DNA from: Macrostomum lignano
Taxonomy: Eukaryota
DNA length: 64,000 nt
NCBI GenBank assembly: GCA_002269645.1
Contig: NIVC01003766.1
Coordinates: 13,773-77,772 of the forward strand
Direction of reading: 5' to 3'
Shown here: positions 28,501 to 39,757 of the stretch, piece by piece
How positions within the stretch are numbered: the stretch's first letter is position 1
How the letters are laid out: each line of letters begins with the position of its first letter
Notes under the pieces: generated by a model
The model's database searches: none
What the model saw: the letters and a program-made list of their open reading frames with translations, nothing else
What the model was told of the DNA's origin: nothing
Made by a program: the position numbers and the translations under genes

Positions 28501-31500
28501 TTTTAAGCTACAACCCCCCCCCCCTATTAGAATTGGAATTTATCAACACAATCTTGAATAGGTCTCCATGCCCTTATTCAAGTTTATGTTGATAAAACCA
28601 ATCCTCATGAAGAATCTCCCCACCCTAAAACCCCCCATTCCCCATGCCCCAGTGGTTGGCTTTAAGCTACATATAATTGGGTTAAAGCTACTTAAAAATG
28701 GAGCTCAAATTTGAAATCAGCACAATCAAAAACCCCTGTAGAGACAAAATTATGATCCTATCAAAAGTGAAACTATTTTATCAACATAAACTTGAAGAAG
28801 TCCAAAAATTTGTCAATGTATTAGAAAACAAAAAGTGCTAATAAAAAGAATTTACATGCCAATTTTCTATTAAAGAAAATATTATTATGTACAAAGTTTT
28901 AGTATTCTACCAAATTGTGCTAATTATTTTTTGTCTTACGCTGTACTACACTAGATTTTTCTCCCTTATGCCAGAATATGCTAGTGCAGCATATGTCCAA
29001 CCCTTTTTAGTGCAAATTTTTTTATGAAAAAGGCCATCTTTTTATCTATAGCTCATAGTGATAGCCTTGTTTTGCTAGTTTTTCCTACTTTCTCTTTTAT
29101 CTTTTCTTAGTCCATACCATTATCCAATAATACATTGAGTCTAATTCCTCTCCTTAGCTCCTCCAAGTGTGGCAGTCTCGGTGTGTGGCAGTCTTGGTCT
29201 TATACTGGGATTTTGATATATTATATGCCATGTAAACCACGGTTTGGATCATGTAGTATACGCCAGAACAAGAATCTTATCTCAGCTAAATGTATACCAG
29301 TGTATGCCAAAAACAAAAAATTCCCTAAAATGTACACCAAAAATTCCTCCTAAAAAGGTCATTCAGTTTTCACAAGTAGAGTTTTCTAAGAAAGGCTTTT
29401 GTACAAATTTTTTTTCAAATTACGAATATTTTCATTTTAAACAAACTTAAATTTAACCTACAAAAAAGAATACAAAATTTACATTCTTAGCAATAATTTA
29501 CACAAGTTTTATTCATTGTTAATTTTTAAAAAGCAAAAAGTTTATTACTGATTTTCTAGACTATACAAACTTTCCTTCATTTTATGTAAAAACTAAAAAG
29601 GGTTAATTTATATTACAATTTTTATATATGGCATGAATAATTGAATATATTCACCAAAATTAGTATGCCAAAAATTTCTCAAGCTCAAAGTGGTACGCCA
29701 AAGTGGTACGCCAAAATAGCCAAACTTTTCAATGGTACACTGGAAAATTCCAGCTTACATGTAACCTTCTTGGGCATTTCCGCCAAATAGGGACACAAAT
29801 TGTGTCCGAGTGTGCAAAGAAGAAGAAAAATGTTGAAAACAGGAAATCTAACTAGAATTTGTTATTAAATTTCTTTTTTTATCTTGTAGAAGCACAAGAA
29901 ATTTTCTGGTAACAATAAAAAGTTGCCGATAAAAGTTATACTGATCTAAGAAGATTATTAATACCGTAGGAGAATAAAATTTTATATTGAGGCGTAATTG
30001 CTTGCTTATAATTAATTTTCTTTTAGTCAATAATTTTTTAATTGTTTCTTAATGCTTTTAATCAACTTTTTAATTCAGATTTTGTTATTTTTGCGCATAA
30101 GTTCACACGATATTTTTTAACTTTGTCAAAATGTTTTTTTTCTGCGCGATATACCGAACGTAAATCTCTAATTTTACTTTTCAGTAACTAGCCGATCACC
30201 GTAATTATTCAGAAGTTCCAGTGCAACTTTGCAAGCAGCAAGAAATGCATATGCTTCCACAATCTAGAGAAAGTTTTTCTGAAGCAATATTACAAGTAAA
30301 TGTGGGGAAAATTGATTTAGTACTATGTAAATTAATATCTACATACTATAGTGCAAAATGTAAATTACATTTTTATTGATAAATAAACAAGAAATTAATG
30401 TGAAACTGTTTTATTTTCCAGCTTTTATACTTAATGATAGTATTGTAAGACTGATTTTGAGAAAAAAAACTAGCAAAAAATAAAATAAAGGGTACAACAT
30501 GAAAATACATCTCGTGTAAGTAGTGTGCTTACTACATTTAAATGTTAATATTTAAGGTATTTTGACAGATTAAGGTTCAGCAGACCACTTTTTGTGAAGC
30601 TCTGTATGTCAGCAATCCATAAATATATCATTTTCAGCTAATAAAAAGCACTAAAAAAAATTATTGGGTACAACATGAGTACAATCTTGTGGTTAAGATG
30701 TCACATCGAAAAAAATTAATGTCTTAGAAAAATGTATTAAGCAAATTCTATTGCTAAAAAATATACTGATACATCATCGCAAAGATGTTTTCCTTCATTT
30801 AAGCTAAAAAACGTGTAGATTGAAAGCCTTATGAGTAAATGAGAGGGTACAACATGAGTACAAATGATACAAAAACTTACCGTTTATAATTTTTGGTATA
30901 GCAAGAAAACTGACAAAAATCAATGACTTCTTGCAAGTGTTGTGACGAAAAGGAATGATTTTAACAAAGTTTAATGTGTTTTTTTCATGAATCAAAGAGA
31001 ATTAATATAAAGAATGTTTTTTTCGCTCTTTTATTCAATGTTGAAGTTAAAAATTGTGTGTTTGGACATCCAAAAAAGTGGCGTCTATGTAAGTTTAAAA
31101 TGGTTTATTCAACATTAATTTTGCGATTAACAATCTTTAAATAGCTTTAAATTGAGCAAAAGTGGTTGTATTTTTTAGTTTAAGTCCTTGTTTGACTTCA
31201 ATTAGCTGGCCTAAGCTACAATTCATCATTTTCTGTTTATTGAAGTGTAATTTTCCGTTAGTGCCTAATTGGCGGAAATGCCCTCTTGGGTGTGGTATGT
31301 ATACCGCTTTTTGTATATTTTTTGCTTATGAAGTTATGTGCACCAGAATTTTCTAATATAATATATATTGTGAGCTAGGTATGGAATATAGTTTATACTA
31401 CACATAATATATAACAAAAATTTCCTGTTTTTTATATTTGTATAATAGTTTTTTATTTATGACAATCATGTTATTATAAATATGAATTATAAAAATTTTT

Positions 31501-32026
31501 TAAAAATACCTTTTAAAACTTAAAGTAGGCTTACTCTGTAGGATTTAAGGACAGACAAACCTTAGAGATTTAGTATATTGTGATGATAAGTTCTAGTTTT
31601 TTCCCTGGCCTATGCATAATCATAGGAAATGATTGTAGGGCCTAATACATTTTTTTGTTAAAAAATTAGTTACAAAAGTAAAGCTACTAGAAAAGTTAAT
31701 TAAAAAGAATGGCACTTGGACTTATGTATCATTTCGATTTTCCTGGACTGGCCGTGGCCTAACTAAAATTAAAAATATTATGTATGTTTTAAAGCTATAG
31801 GCCTAATCTATATACAAGCTTAAGGTTAGCAGACTGACTCTGAGTTAGAAATTTTTGTGGTAGTAAATTTTTTTCTTAATAAAGTTAACTCCATTTAAAT
31901 TAGAAAACTAAATATTACAGAGTTACATATTTTTTTAATTCATACAAGATAGATGACGAACACTTACATCATCCGCCGCAATTTGTGCTTGTAAAATCGG
32001 ATGTTTCTCGAACATATAAAAGACAT
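19522..32026 (-). CDS. KIAA2013: KIAA2013 / DUF2152 family membrane protein, 7 exons (32026-31968, 23577-23474, 23375-23124, 23032-22974, 22358-22266, 21726-21124, 20214-19522), ~620 aa
   Basis: C-terminal DAPAHEHHVIALHKHGH...GLPVIFWIGLILLLLVFHLFLFKLVYSE, W..TLVKFGC..LV.AGA.G, YAHRS..LLVQEI and YIGNGYF are family motifs. N-terminal signal anchor TIFILLCLSILPLYLL. All splice phases match. Exon 1 (MSFICSRNIRFYKHKLRRM, donor GTAAGT) is the least certain part. Confidence 0.9.
20435..20935. repeat. 48-bp minisatellite built on TTAGATC sub-units, in KIAA2013 intron 6
   Basis: Period 48 visible. Confidence 0.92.
21885..22173 (-). mobile_element. tRNA-derived SINE with CORE-like domain, in KIAA2013 intron 5
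   Basis: Minus strand: A box TAGCCTAGTGG, B box GGTTCGAATC, then gtgtccttgagcaagacacttaac...ctgtaaaatggg, resembling the CORE/MIR consensus. Confidence 0.8.
24979..25339 (+). mobile_element. tRNA-derived SINE (second family), apparently full length
   Basis: Head GGCTGTAGCCCAGCGG (A box) ... GGCTCAATTCC (B-box-like); A-rich tail ctctaataaaaaaa; body shared with 8375-9003. Confidence 0.75.
25811..26610. mobile_element. Tc1/mariner-derived MITE (800 bp) with ~210-230 bp TIRs
   Basis: TA|CGAGGGGTGTCCCAAAAGTTCCCGGAATGT ... ACATTCCGGGAACTTTTGGGACACCCCTCG|TA; near-perfect inverted repeat 25811-26019 vs 26404-26610. Confidence 0.93.
27701..28803. mobile_element. Non-autonomous DNA transposon, 30-bp perfect TIRs, 8-bp TSD (Merlin- or MULE-like)
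   Basis: AAAAATTT|GGACTTCTTCAAGTTTATGTTGATAAAATA ... TATTTTATCAACATAAACTTGAAGAAGTCC|AAAAATTT; internal ~160-bp tandem duplication (~28350-28670) carrying TIR-like aagtttatgttgataaaa. Confidence 0.85.
29772..31283. mobile_element. Non-autonomous DNA transposon, ~20-bp TIRs, 4-bp TSD (Sola2-like)
   Basis: TCTT|GGGCATTTCCGCCAAATAGG ... CCTAATTGGCGGAAATGCCC|TCTT; internal motif GGGTACAACATGA x3 (~30490, ~30666, ~30845). Confidence 0.75.
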
Positions 32027-33219
32027 AAATTACAGTTATGCTTAAGCAAACAATGTCAAATGTAATGTTTACATTTGTAGATAACAAATATTTTCATTAC
32101 GCTGCATAACTACAGGCAACAATATGCACCGAAATTATTGACCCTAGAGCGCAGCACAACTACATACTGAGGAACAACGGTAACGTAGAAAACTAAATTG
32201 AATTGGTGGGAAGCGTTTGGGCAAATAAATGTATACGTATTTTAAATTTTATAAAGTAAAACAAAATGTTTAGGCTGACAGACGGTTTTAAATTTTTTTG
32301 CATTAAGGCGTATTTTCTATAAAGTTAACTCCAGGTTTTATATTTAGCTAATAAACAGCTGTTTTTTAATAAATAAATTTGCTCTTTCGTTTCGTTTGTT
32401 TGATAATCTGCGCTACTCTTAGCATTCGTCGTATTTCGATAAAGTGAACAGGAACGCTAGATACCTTTAAGATTTTTAATTAGCATTAAAGTCGTCTAGC
32501 AATCTGTGGTAGTATATTATCCCGAAGAAAAATCTTCCACCTACCACACTGTACAAGCTGTAGTACACAATATATGTATACTATACGTATTCTACAATGC
32601 CAAAGGACTACTCAAACAGATGGACGAAAAACTACGTTTCTTGGAAAATTTAGAGGCAGGTTTTCAAAACAATACATTACGGAGATAGGAATTTTCCATT
32701 TTGTCAGCACAAAAACTTTTATATTGCTTTCGATTGGATGCAGACTCAGAATGTGGATCTTTTTGATATGTTGTTCACGTGCCTTTCTTATATAGCTCTA
32801 ATTGATATTCACAGAGCTTTCTCGCTGACAAAATTTGCGAGATTGCATATTGATGGTTTTTACATGCATCTCTTTTTTCATCCCTTCTTTATAGCCTTGC
32901 ACATTACATATATGCATGTATTGTTACACAGTCAGCTATACGAATTTCGGGTGACTTTTTCGTTTTACAAATGTACTGCCATACATGTATGTACAGCAGT
33001 ATTGAGGCACCAATTTATTTAGCTGGCGCCAGCACCAATGGCCGTCAATTAAGGGGCGTCATTCTTTTAACTTTTGCTATTTAACGTCGTGGCCTTACCC
33101 TTCGTATACCATGTGCCTCGAATCGTTTACGTTTATCGAATAATAATAATAAAAATTGCTATAGCTACTTCTATTACTATATTAGGAGTATAACAATTGC
33201 AATTGCTTACACTGTGTGA

Positions 33220-33603
33220 CAGGGGCGTCGCCACCTGGGGGACGGGGGGGCATGCCAATGCTTTGTCCCTCCACCCAACCTTAAAGGTGAACCGTTATGT
33301 AAATCAACAATTTTGCTTCAGGACGACAAAAAATATAGCTTGCAGGCCGCGCTAAGATGAGTGTCTGCGGCGTCAAAATAAATGCCTGTACGGCGCCAAA
33401 ATGAGTGCCTGCTGAGCAAAAAAAGAGTGCCTACTGAGCAAAAAAGAGTGCCTGCTGAGCAAAAAAGAGTGCCTGCTGAGCAAAAAAGAGTGCCTGCTGA
33501 GCAAAAAAGAGTGCCTGCTGAGCAAAAAAGAGTACCTGCTGAGCAAAAAAGTTGTACTGCCATGCAAATAAGCGCTGACAACACGGATTCTGAAAATAAT
33601 GTA
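33220..33603 (+). mobile_element. Minisatellite-carrying element, copy 1 (short 21-bp array)
   Basis: Begins CAGGGGCGTCGCCA; shares the flanks catgccaatgctttgt, ccgttatg.aaatcaa.aattttgcttcagg and gctga.aacac.gatt.tgaaaata.tgta with 41170-42825. Confidence 0.7.
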
Positions 33604-34126
33604 TTGTACATAGCTATAAAGGAGTGGAGACCCATACTCAATAGAGTCTACAAAATATTCTGAAGGATGTTTGTCTGTCTCCATTGCTCGAGATCCGCAA
33701 GCTGCAGCTAGTAGGCAGCAGCAGCGGCAGCAGAGTGGGTTATTGAAGAGTATGAAGAAGTGGCGCGCAGAATCCAATCTGCAATCTGCAGTGTGTGCCT
33801 CCGGGGGAGATGTATGAGTGGGGGTGTCGCTCTGGGGGTGGCAAGTGATGACCGCAATTGCTATCAGCTCGCTATATAGCTATATATATACTCGTAAGTA
33901 TGCATGTAGACGAGAGTTTGGCTGGGGGTGGGTCAGAGCCAAAGTTGGAATTGAGCACATACACACTCTTGCAGTGTATAAAATTTGGTTGCCTGTAGGA
34001 GCGCTGCAATCGAGCGACTGATATTGGTGGGTCCGTTGGGAGCAAGCTCCCCCCAGCACCCCATCCATCCATCCAGCAGCAATATGATGTTGACAGAATT
34101 CTTTCACTCTTCAGCCTTCCGTCTTT

Positions 34127-34159
<33 letters not shown>

Positions 34160-34289
34160 TATCTTCACACGCGGTTTTTCAATCCTTGCTCTCAATATTC
34201 TGCATTCACTTGATGACTTTTCTCTCGGCTCAGCTCTGTTGGTGAGCAGTCATGTTGAAGTATAATCAATATTTTGAGGCTCAAAAAGT

Positions 34290-35815
34290 TTTGCTAATAT
34301 TTCAGTGGGTCATTCTCGGGTCCGTCACTGGGTCATCCTCAGGACCCTTAGTAGATCACCCTCGGGTCCTTTAGTGGGTCACCCTCGGGTCCTTTAGTGG
34401 ATCACCCTCGGGTCCTTTAGTGGGTCACCCTCGGGTCCTTTAGTGGGTCACCCTCGGGTCCTTTAGTGGGTCACCCTCGGGTCCTTAATGGGTCCCCTTC
34501 GGATCCTTTATTGGGTCCCCTTCGGGTCCTTTAGTGGGTCACCCTCGGGTCCTTAGTGGGTCCCCTTCGGATCCTTTAGTGGATCACCCTCGGGTCCTTT
34601 AGTGGGTCACCCTCGGATCCTTTAGTGGGTCCCCTTCGGGTCCTTTATTGGGTCCCCTTCGGGTCCTTTAGTGGGTCACCCTCGGGTCCTTAATGGGTCC
34701 CCTTCGGGTCCTTTATTGGGTCCCCTTCGGGTCCTTTAGTGGATCACCGTCGGGTCCTTTAGTGGGTCCCTTTAGTGGGTCCCCTTCGGGTCCTTTAGTG
34801 AGTCCACTTCGGGTCCTTTAGTGGGTCCCATTCGGGTCCTTTAGTGGGTCCCATTCGGGTCATTTAGTGGGTCCCATTCGGGTCCTTTGGTTGGTCCCCT
34901 TCGGGTCCTTTAGTGGGTCCCCTTCGGGTCCTTTAGTGGGTCCCCTTCGGGTCCTTTAGTGGGTCCCATTCGGGTCCTTTAGTGGGTCCCATTCGGGTCC
35001 TTTGGTTGGTCCCCTTTGGGTCCTTTAGTGGGTCCCCTTCGGGTCCTTTAGTGGGTCACCCTCGGGTCCTTAGTGGGTCCCCTTCGGATCCTTTAGTGGA
35101 TCACCCTCGGGTCCTTTAGTGGGTCACCCTCGGATCCTTTAGTGGGTCCCCTTCGGGTCCTTTATTGGGTCCCCTTCGGATCCTTTAGTGGATCACCGTC
35201 GGGTCCTTAATGGGTCCCCTTCGGGTCCTTTATTGGGTCCCCTTCGGGTCCTTTAGTGGGTCACCCTCGGGTCCTTAGTGGGTCCCCTTCGGATCCTTTA
35301 GTGGATCACCCTCGGGTCCTTTAGTGGGTCACCCTCGGGTCCTTTAGTGGGTCCCCTTCGGGTCCTTTATTGGGTCCCCTTCGGGTCCTTTAGTGGGTCA
35401 CCCTCGGGTCCTTAATGGGTCCCCTTCGGGTCCTTAATGGGTCCCCTTCGGGTCCTTTAGTGGATCACCGTCGGGTCCTTTAGTGGGTCCCTTTAGTGGG
35501 TCCCCTTCGGGTCCTTTAGTGAGTCCACTTCGGGTCCTTTAGTGGGTCCCATTCGGGTCCTTTAGTGGGTCCCATTCGGGTCATTTAGTGGGTCCCATTC
35601 GGGTCCTTTGGTTGGTCCCCTTCGGGTCCTTTAGTGGGTCCCCTTCGGGTCCTTTAGTGGGTCCCATTCGGGTCCTTTAGTGGGTCCCATTCGGGTCCTT
35701 TGGTTGGTCCCCTTTGGGTCCTTTAGTGGGTCCCCTTCGGGTCCTTTAGTGGGTCCCCTTCGGGTCCTTTAGTGGGTCCCCTTCGGGTCCCCTAGTGGGT
35801 CACCCTCAGGTCCTA
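34290..35815. repeat. ~23-bp minisatellite (cttcgggtcctttagtgggtccc) with a 721-bp higher-order duplication
   Basis: Rare variants gagtccactt and ggtcattt recur 721 bp apart (34801/35522). Confidence 0.93.
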
Positions 35816-36354
35816 TAATGGGGCACCGTTAGGTCCTCGGGGGTACAGCTATGCCTAATGAGGTCCTTTTCAGAAAAATGCATAGCAATCATGCTTAGCT
35901 TAATCACAAGTCGACAGGAAAAATATTGATAATCATAATTCATAAGTTGATCTCTAACAAGTCAGGCATACCATGGGCTCAGATCATTCCCAATCTAAAT
36001 CAACCCGGATGTAACCTGAGCTTGGAAAAAACCCTCGGATTGCATAGCCTATATCGTTGCGTTGCTCAAATGGTCTAGTCGCCGCGTTTTCAAGCAAACG
36101 ATAGTTTAGGTCACGAACTTGCATACCTGCAGTCCTGCAGCTTCTATCAGTCCTCCTCGATCTGTTTCCGCTTCACTAGACTCATCTATTTGTGCCTAAT
36201 TTTTTCATGCAGTCCAAAGCATTGAGTATTGATTACAAGTTGGGGCCACACTATACTGTACCTGTGCATTTGCTTGTTAGCAGTTGTTGAATAGACTAAA
36301 TGCCAATTATGTAGACCTAGCAGTCATTTAAGGAAAGTTGATTATCTAACCTCT

Positions 36355-37118
36355 GAATTTCACTGTGATGGGGGCGGATAACCCCAGATTGACACTGTGA
36401 TGGGGGTGGATAACCTTTGAGCTGCACTGTGATGGAGGCGGATAACCCCAGATTGACACTGTGATGGGGGCGGATAACCTTTAAGCTGCACTGTGATGGG
36501 GGCGGATAACCACTGATCTGCACTGTGATGGGGGGCGGATAACCACTGATCTGCACTGTGATGGGGGCGGATAACCCCAGATTGGCACTGTGATGGGGGC
36601 GGATAACCCCAGATTAACACTGTGATGGGGGCGGATAACCACTGATCTGCACTGTGATGTGGGCGGATAACCACTGATCTGCACTGTGATGGGGGCGGAT
36701 AACCTCTGATCTACACTGTGATGGGGGCGGATAACCACTGATCTGCACTGTGATGGGGGCGGATAACCTCTGATCTACACTGTGATGGGGGCGGATAACC
36801 TCTGATCTACACTGTGATGGGGGCGGATAACCTCTGAATTAACCTGTGATGGGGGCGGATAACCTCTGAATTACACTGTGATGGGGGCGGATAACCTCTG
36901 AATTAACCTGTGATGGGGCGGATAACCTCTGAATTACACTGTGATGGGGCGGATAACCTCTGATCTACACTGTGATGGGGGCAGATAACCTCTGAGTTAC
37001 ACTGTGATGGGGCGGATAACCTCTGAATTACACTGTGATGGGGGCGGATAACCTCTGAATTACACTGTGATGGGGCGGATAACACCCCTCTGATCGACAC
37101 TGCGATGGGGCGGATAAA
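36355..37118. repeat. 32-bp minisatellite (ataaccactgatctgcactgtgatgggggcgg)
   Basis: About 23 units. Confidence 0.95.
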
Positions 37119-38404
37119 GAAATGTGACGATGAGTCACATGCGTATTTAAAAAAAACTTTTAAACTTGCATCTACATCAGTAAATATTGTTTGTTTTTCG
37201 AACTGTCAGTTAAGAAAAGATGTCAATCAACAAGATGGAAATCAATTGTGCCAATAAAGCGGTGCAGACTAAGAGGTTTTAAGTTTTTGAGCTATTTTTG
37301 CTACAGACAGTGGAGACTTAAAATTGAAGCAATTACTATACAGACTTTAGTTAGTCGGGCTACAAGTCTAACAAGAGATAATTAAACACAGACTTTTGTT
37401 GTTCATTTCAAAGTCCAAAGTTCACTCGATTCTTGAATTACACAGGCTGTCTTTGATAAAACTCTGTGACTATGAATAAAGCAATTATAATTCTTAAAGG
37501 CTTGATTGTTTCTCAGTCACGTTTTTCAGTTGTCTATGGCCCAACCTGTCTCTGCTGAGAATAGAGGAGAGAGAAGAGAGAAAAGAGAGGAAAAATAGAA
37601 AGAGATTAGATTGAGAAATGAAACAGAGAGAAGAGAGAGGAGAGTTGAAGAGACACCCAAACCTTGAGCGAGCCAGATTGCTATTGTGAAGTTTCAAAAA
37701 GATGGAGAGGCTGGATTGGATTTGCATGCTACTATTATTAAAAGCAATGTTGCGACCATAGACAATTGAAAATCAGATCTTCTGCACTGCATCGATCCAG
37801 CAGTGTGTACCGCGGTACAATCGGTGCTAGACTTGTATTTTAAATAGGTATCTTATGGGGTCCAAATGAATCTATCGCTTATCAAGTAATCAGTCAGTCA
37901 GTCAGTCAGCCGGAGGTGTGCGGGAGACTGGGAGAGTGAATGAAGCCACAGACCCCTATAGAATACATGTACAAGCTATTTCAATTCCACAGATTATTAT
38001 CGCATGACTTGGCCCTAAAGAGAGAAATCCTGAGATGGGATGAAAGGGGAAAGCGGGGGAGGGGATCGGGCGTGAGGAAGAGATTGACAAGAGTTGGGGA
38101 ACATGCTCTTCAGACTTTTCCCCCCGCTGCTTGGCTTTTATTTGAAGAAGTTGTCTGCCTTCTGGGCTCTGAGTCATCGGATTACTCTGGCGTGTAGCTG
38201 CGATTACAATGGGCTATAAACTCTGAGCGGCCTTGTGGACAAGAAGCTTTAAAAAAATTGAATGAAGGTGGCGTACAATCAGCGCTTATTCATATCCTTC
38301 TCCACTCCATCAATAAGCGATTGTCAAGCCGGGGGGGGGGGGGTTCTAGAATTGGCTGTCTGGATTGCAAATCCAAATTGGCTAAACAATTGCCAAAAAC
38401 AAGT

Positions 38405-39020
38405 AAGTAACAATCGCGCAAAGAGGCGCGCAAGAATCAAAGCAGCGCGCAAGTATCAAAGCGCGTAAGTAACAAAGCGCGTAAGTAACAAAGCGTGCAG
38501 GTAACTAGACCCGCAAGAACCAAAGCATCGCGCAAGAATCAAAGCAGCGCGCAAGTATCAAAGCGCGTAAGTAACAAAGCGCGCAAGTAACAAAGCGCGC
38601 AAGTAACAAAGCAGCGCGCAAGAACCAAGGCGCGCAAGTAACAAGCGCGCAAGAAACAAAGCGCGCAAGTATCAAAGCGCGTAAGTAACAAAGCGCGCAA
38701 GTAACAAAGCGCGCAAGTAACAAAGCGCGCAAGTAACAAAGCAGCGCGCAAGAACCAAGGCGCGCAAGTAACAAGCGCGCAAGAAACAAAGCGCGCAAGT
38801 ATCAAAGCGCGTAAGTAACAAAGCGCGCAAGTAACAAAGCGCGCAAGTAACAAAGCGCGCAAGTAACAAAGCAGCGCGCAAGAACCAAGGCGCGCAAGTA
38901 ACAAGCGCGCAAGAAACAAAGCGCGCAAGTATAGCAAAGCGCACAAGAACCAAAGCGCGCAAGTATAACAAAGCGCGCAAGTAACAAAGCGCGCAAGTAA
39001 CAAAGCGCGCAAGAACCAAG
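38405..39020. repeat. 16-bp CpG-rich minisatellite (aaagcgcgcaagtaac) with ~130-bp higher-order period
   Basis: The variant block aaagcagcgcgcaagaaccaagg recurs at ~38608, ~38738 and ~38868. Confidence 0.92.
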
Positions 39021-39757
39021 ATGTGAAATCATAAGCTAATGAACTGCAATCATTTCCAACTCCAAATACTCTACCCAAGCATTCCTTGATTCTATCAAAG
39101 CACACTTATACATGCGGCTATCTTTTAAAGCAGGAGCTCCACACTTCAACAGAAACAGTCGATGGCGGTCGCAATAAAAAGCCATACGCAGGTAGGCAGG
39201 TAGCTCAGGTAGGAAAAACGGAAGTCCCATAGTTGTTTGACAGCGGAACCGCGACCAGAATCCACCCGGCATGCCTTGAGCAGGTTAGAAGCAGCTGTGA
39301 GCTATAGCAGCATATATCCTCTTATTTTTTAAAGCCGACGCTCTCCTAAAAGAAGAAATTTCAAAGCCTCAATACCGGAGCAGCGGAAGGAAGCCAGCTG
39401 ACAAGCAAAAAAATGATCAAGGAAAAAAAAGCCGGGGAAGAAGTCAGAAGGCTGTGCAACAACACGCAGACTCAAGTTACGAAGGAGTTAAGGGAAAAAT
39501 ATTAAAAGAAGCTGAAAACTGCAAAGCAGATGTCCTGAGGAATATGGGGCCAGCAGGCATAGCCCAAATATTCATAGGGGCTGCCGGATACTGCAAATTC
39601 AATTATTGTAATAAAGTGGACAGTTGCGTGTTATAATTTATACGACTGTGTATAGAAGCTGCCTGATTTCTGTAGAACTCATGCAGGCCCACCTCACTGT
39701 GTAATGCATTGAGCTGTACAAATTATCAGTGAATTTCTATGCTTACATGTCTTTAGA

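Noticed and set aside
30180-30300. Plus-strand AG/GT-bounded segment inside the Sola2-like element
   Set aside because: Stops occur directly after the acceptor in all three frames; no recognisable transposase similarity.
39036-39640. Possible decayed retroelement ORF (YEYLG motif, 78-aa ORF)
   Set aside because: Too short and no other RT motifs; would need TBLASTX support.
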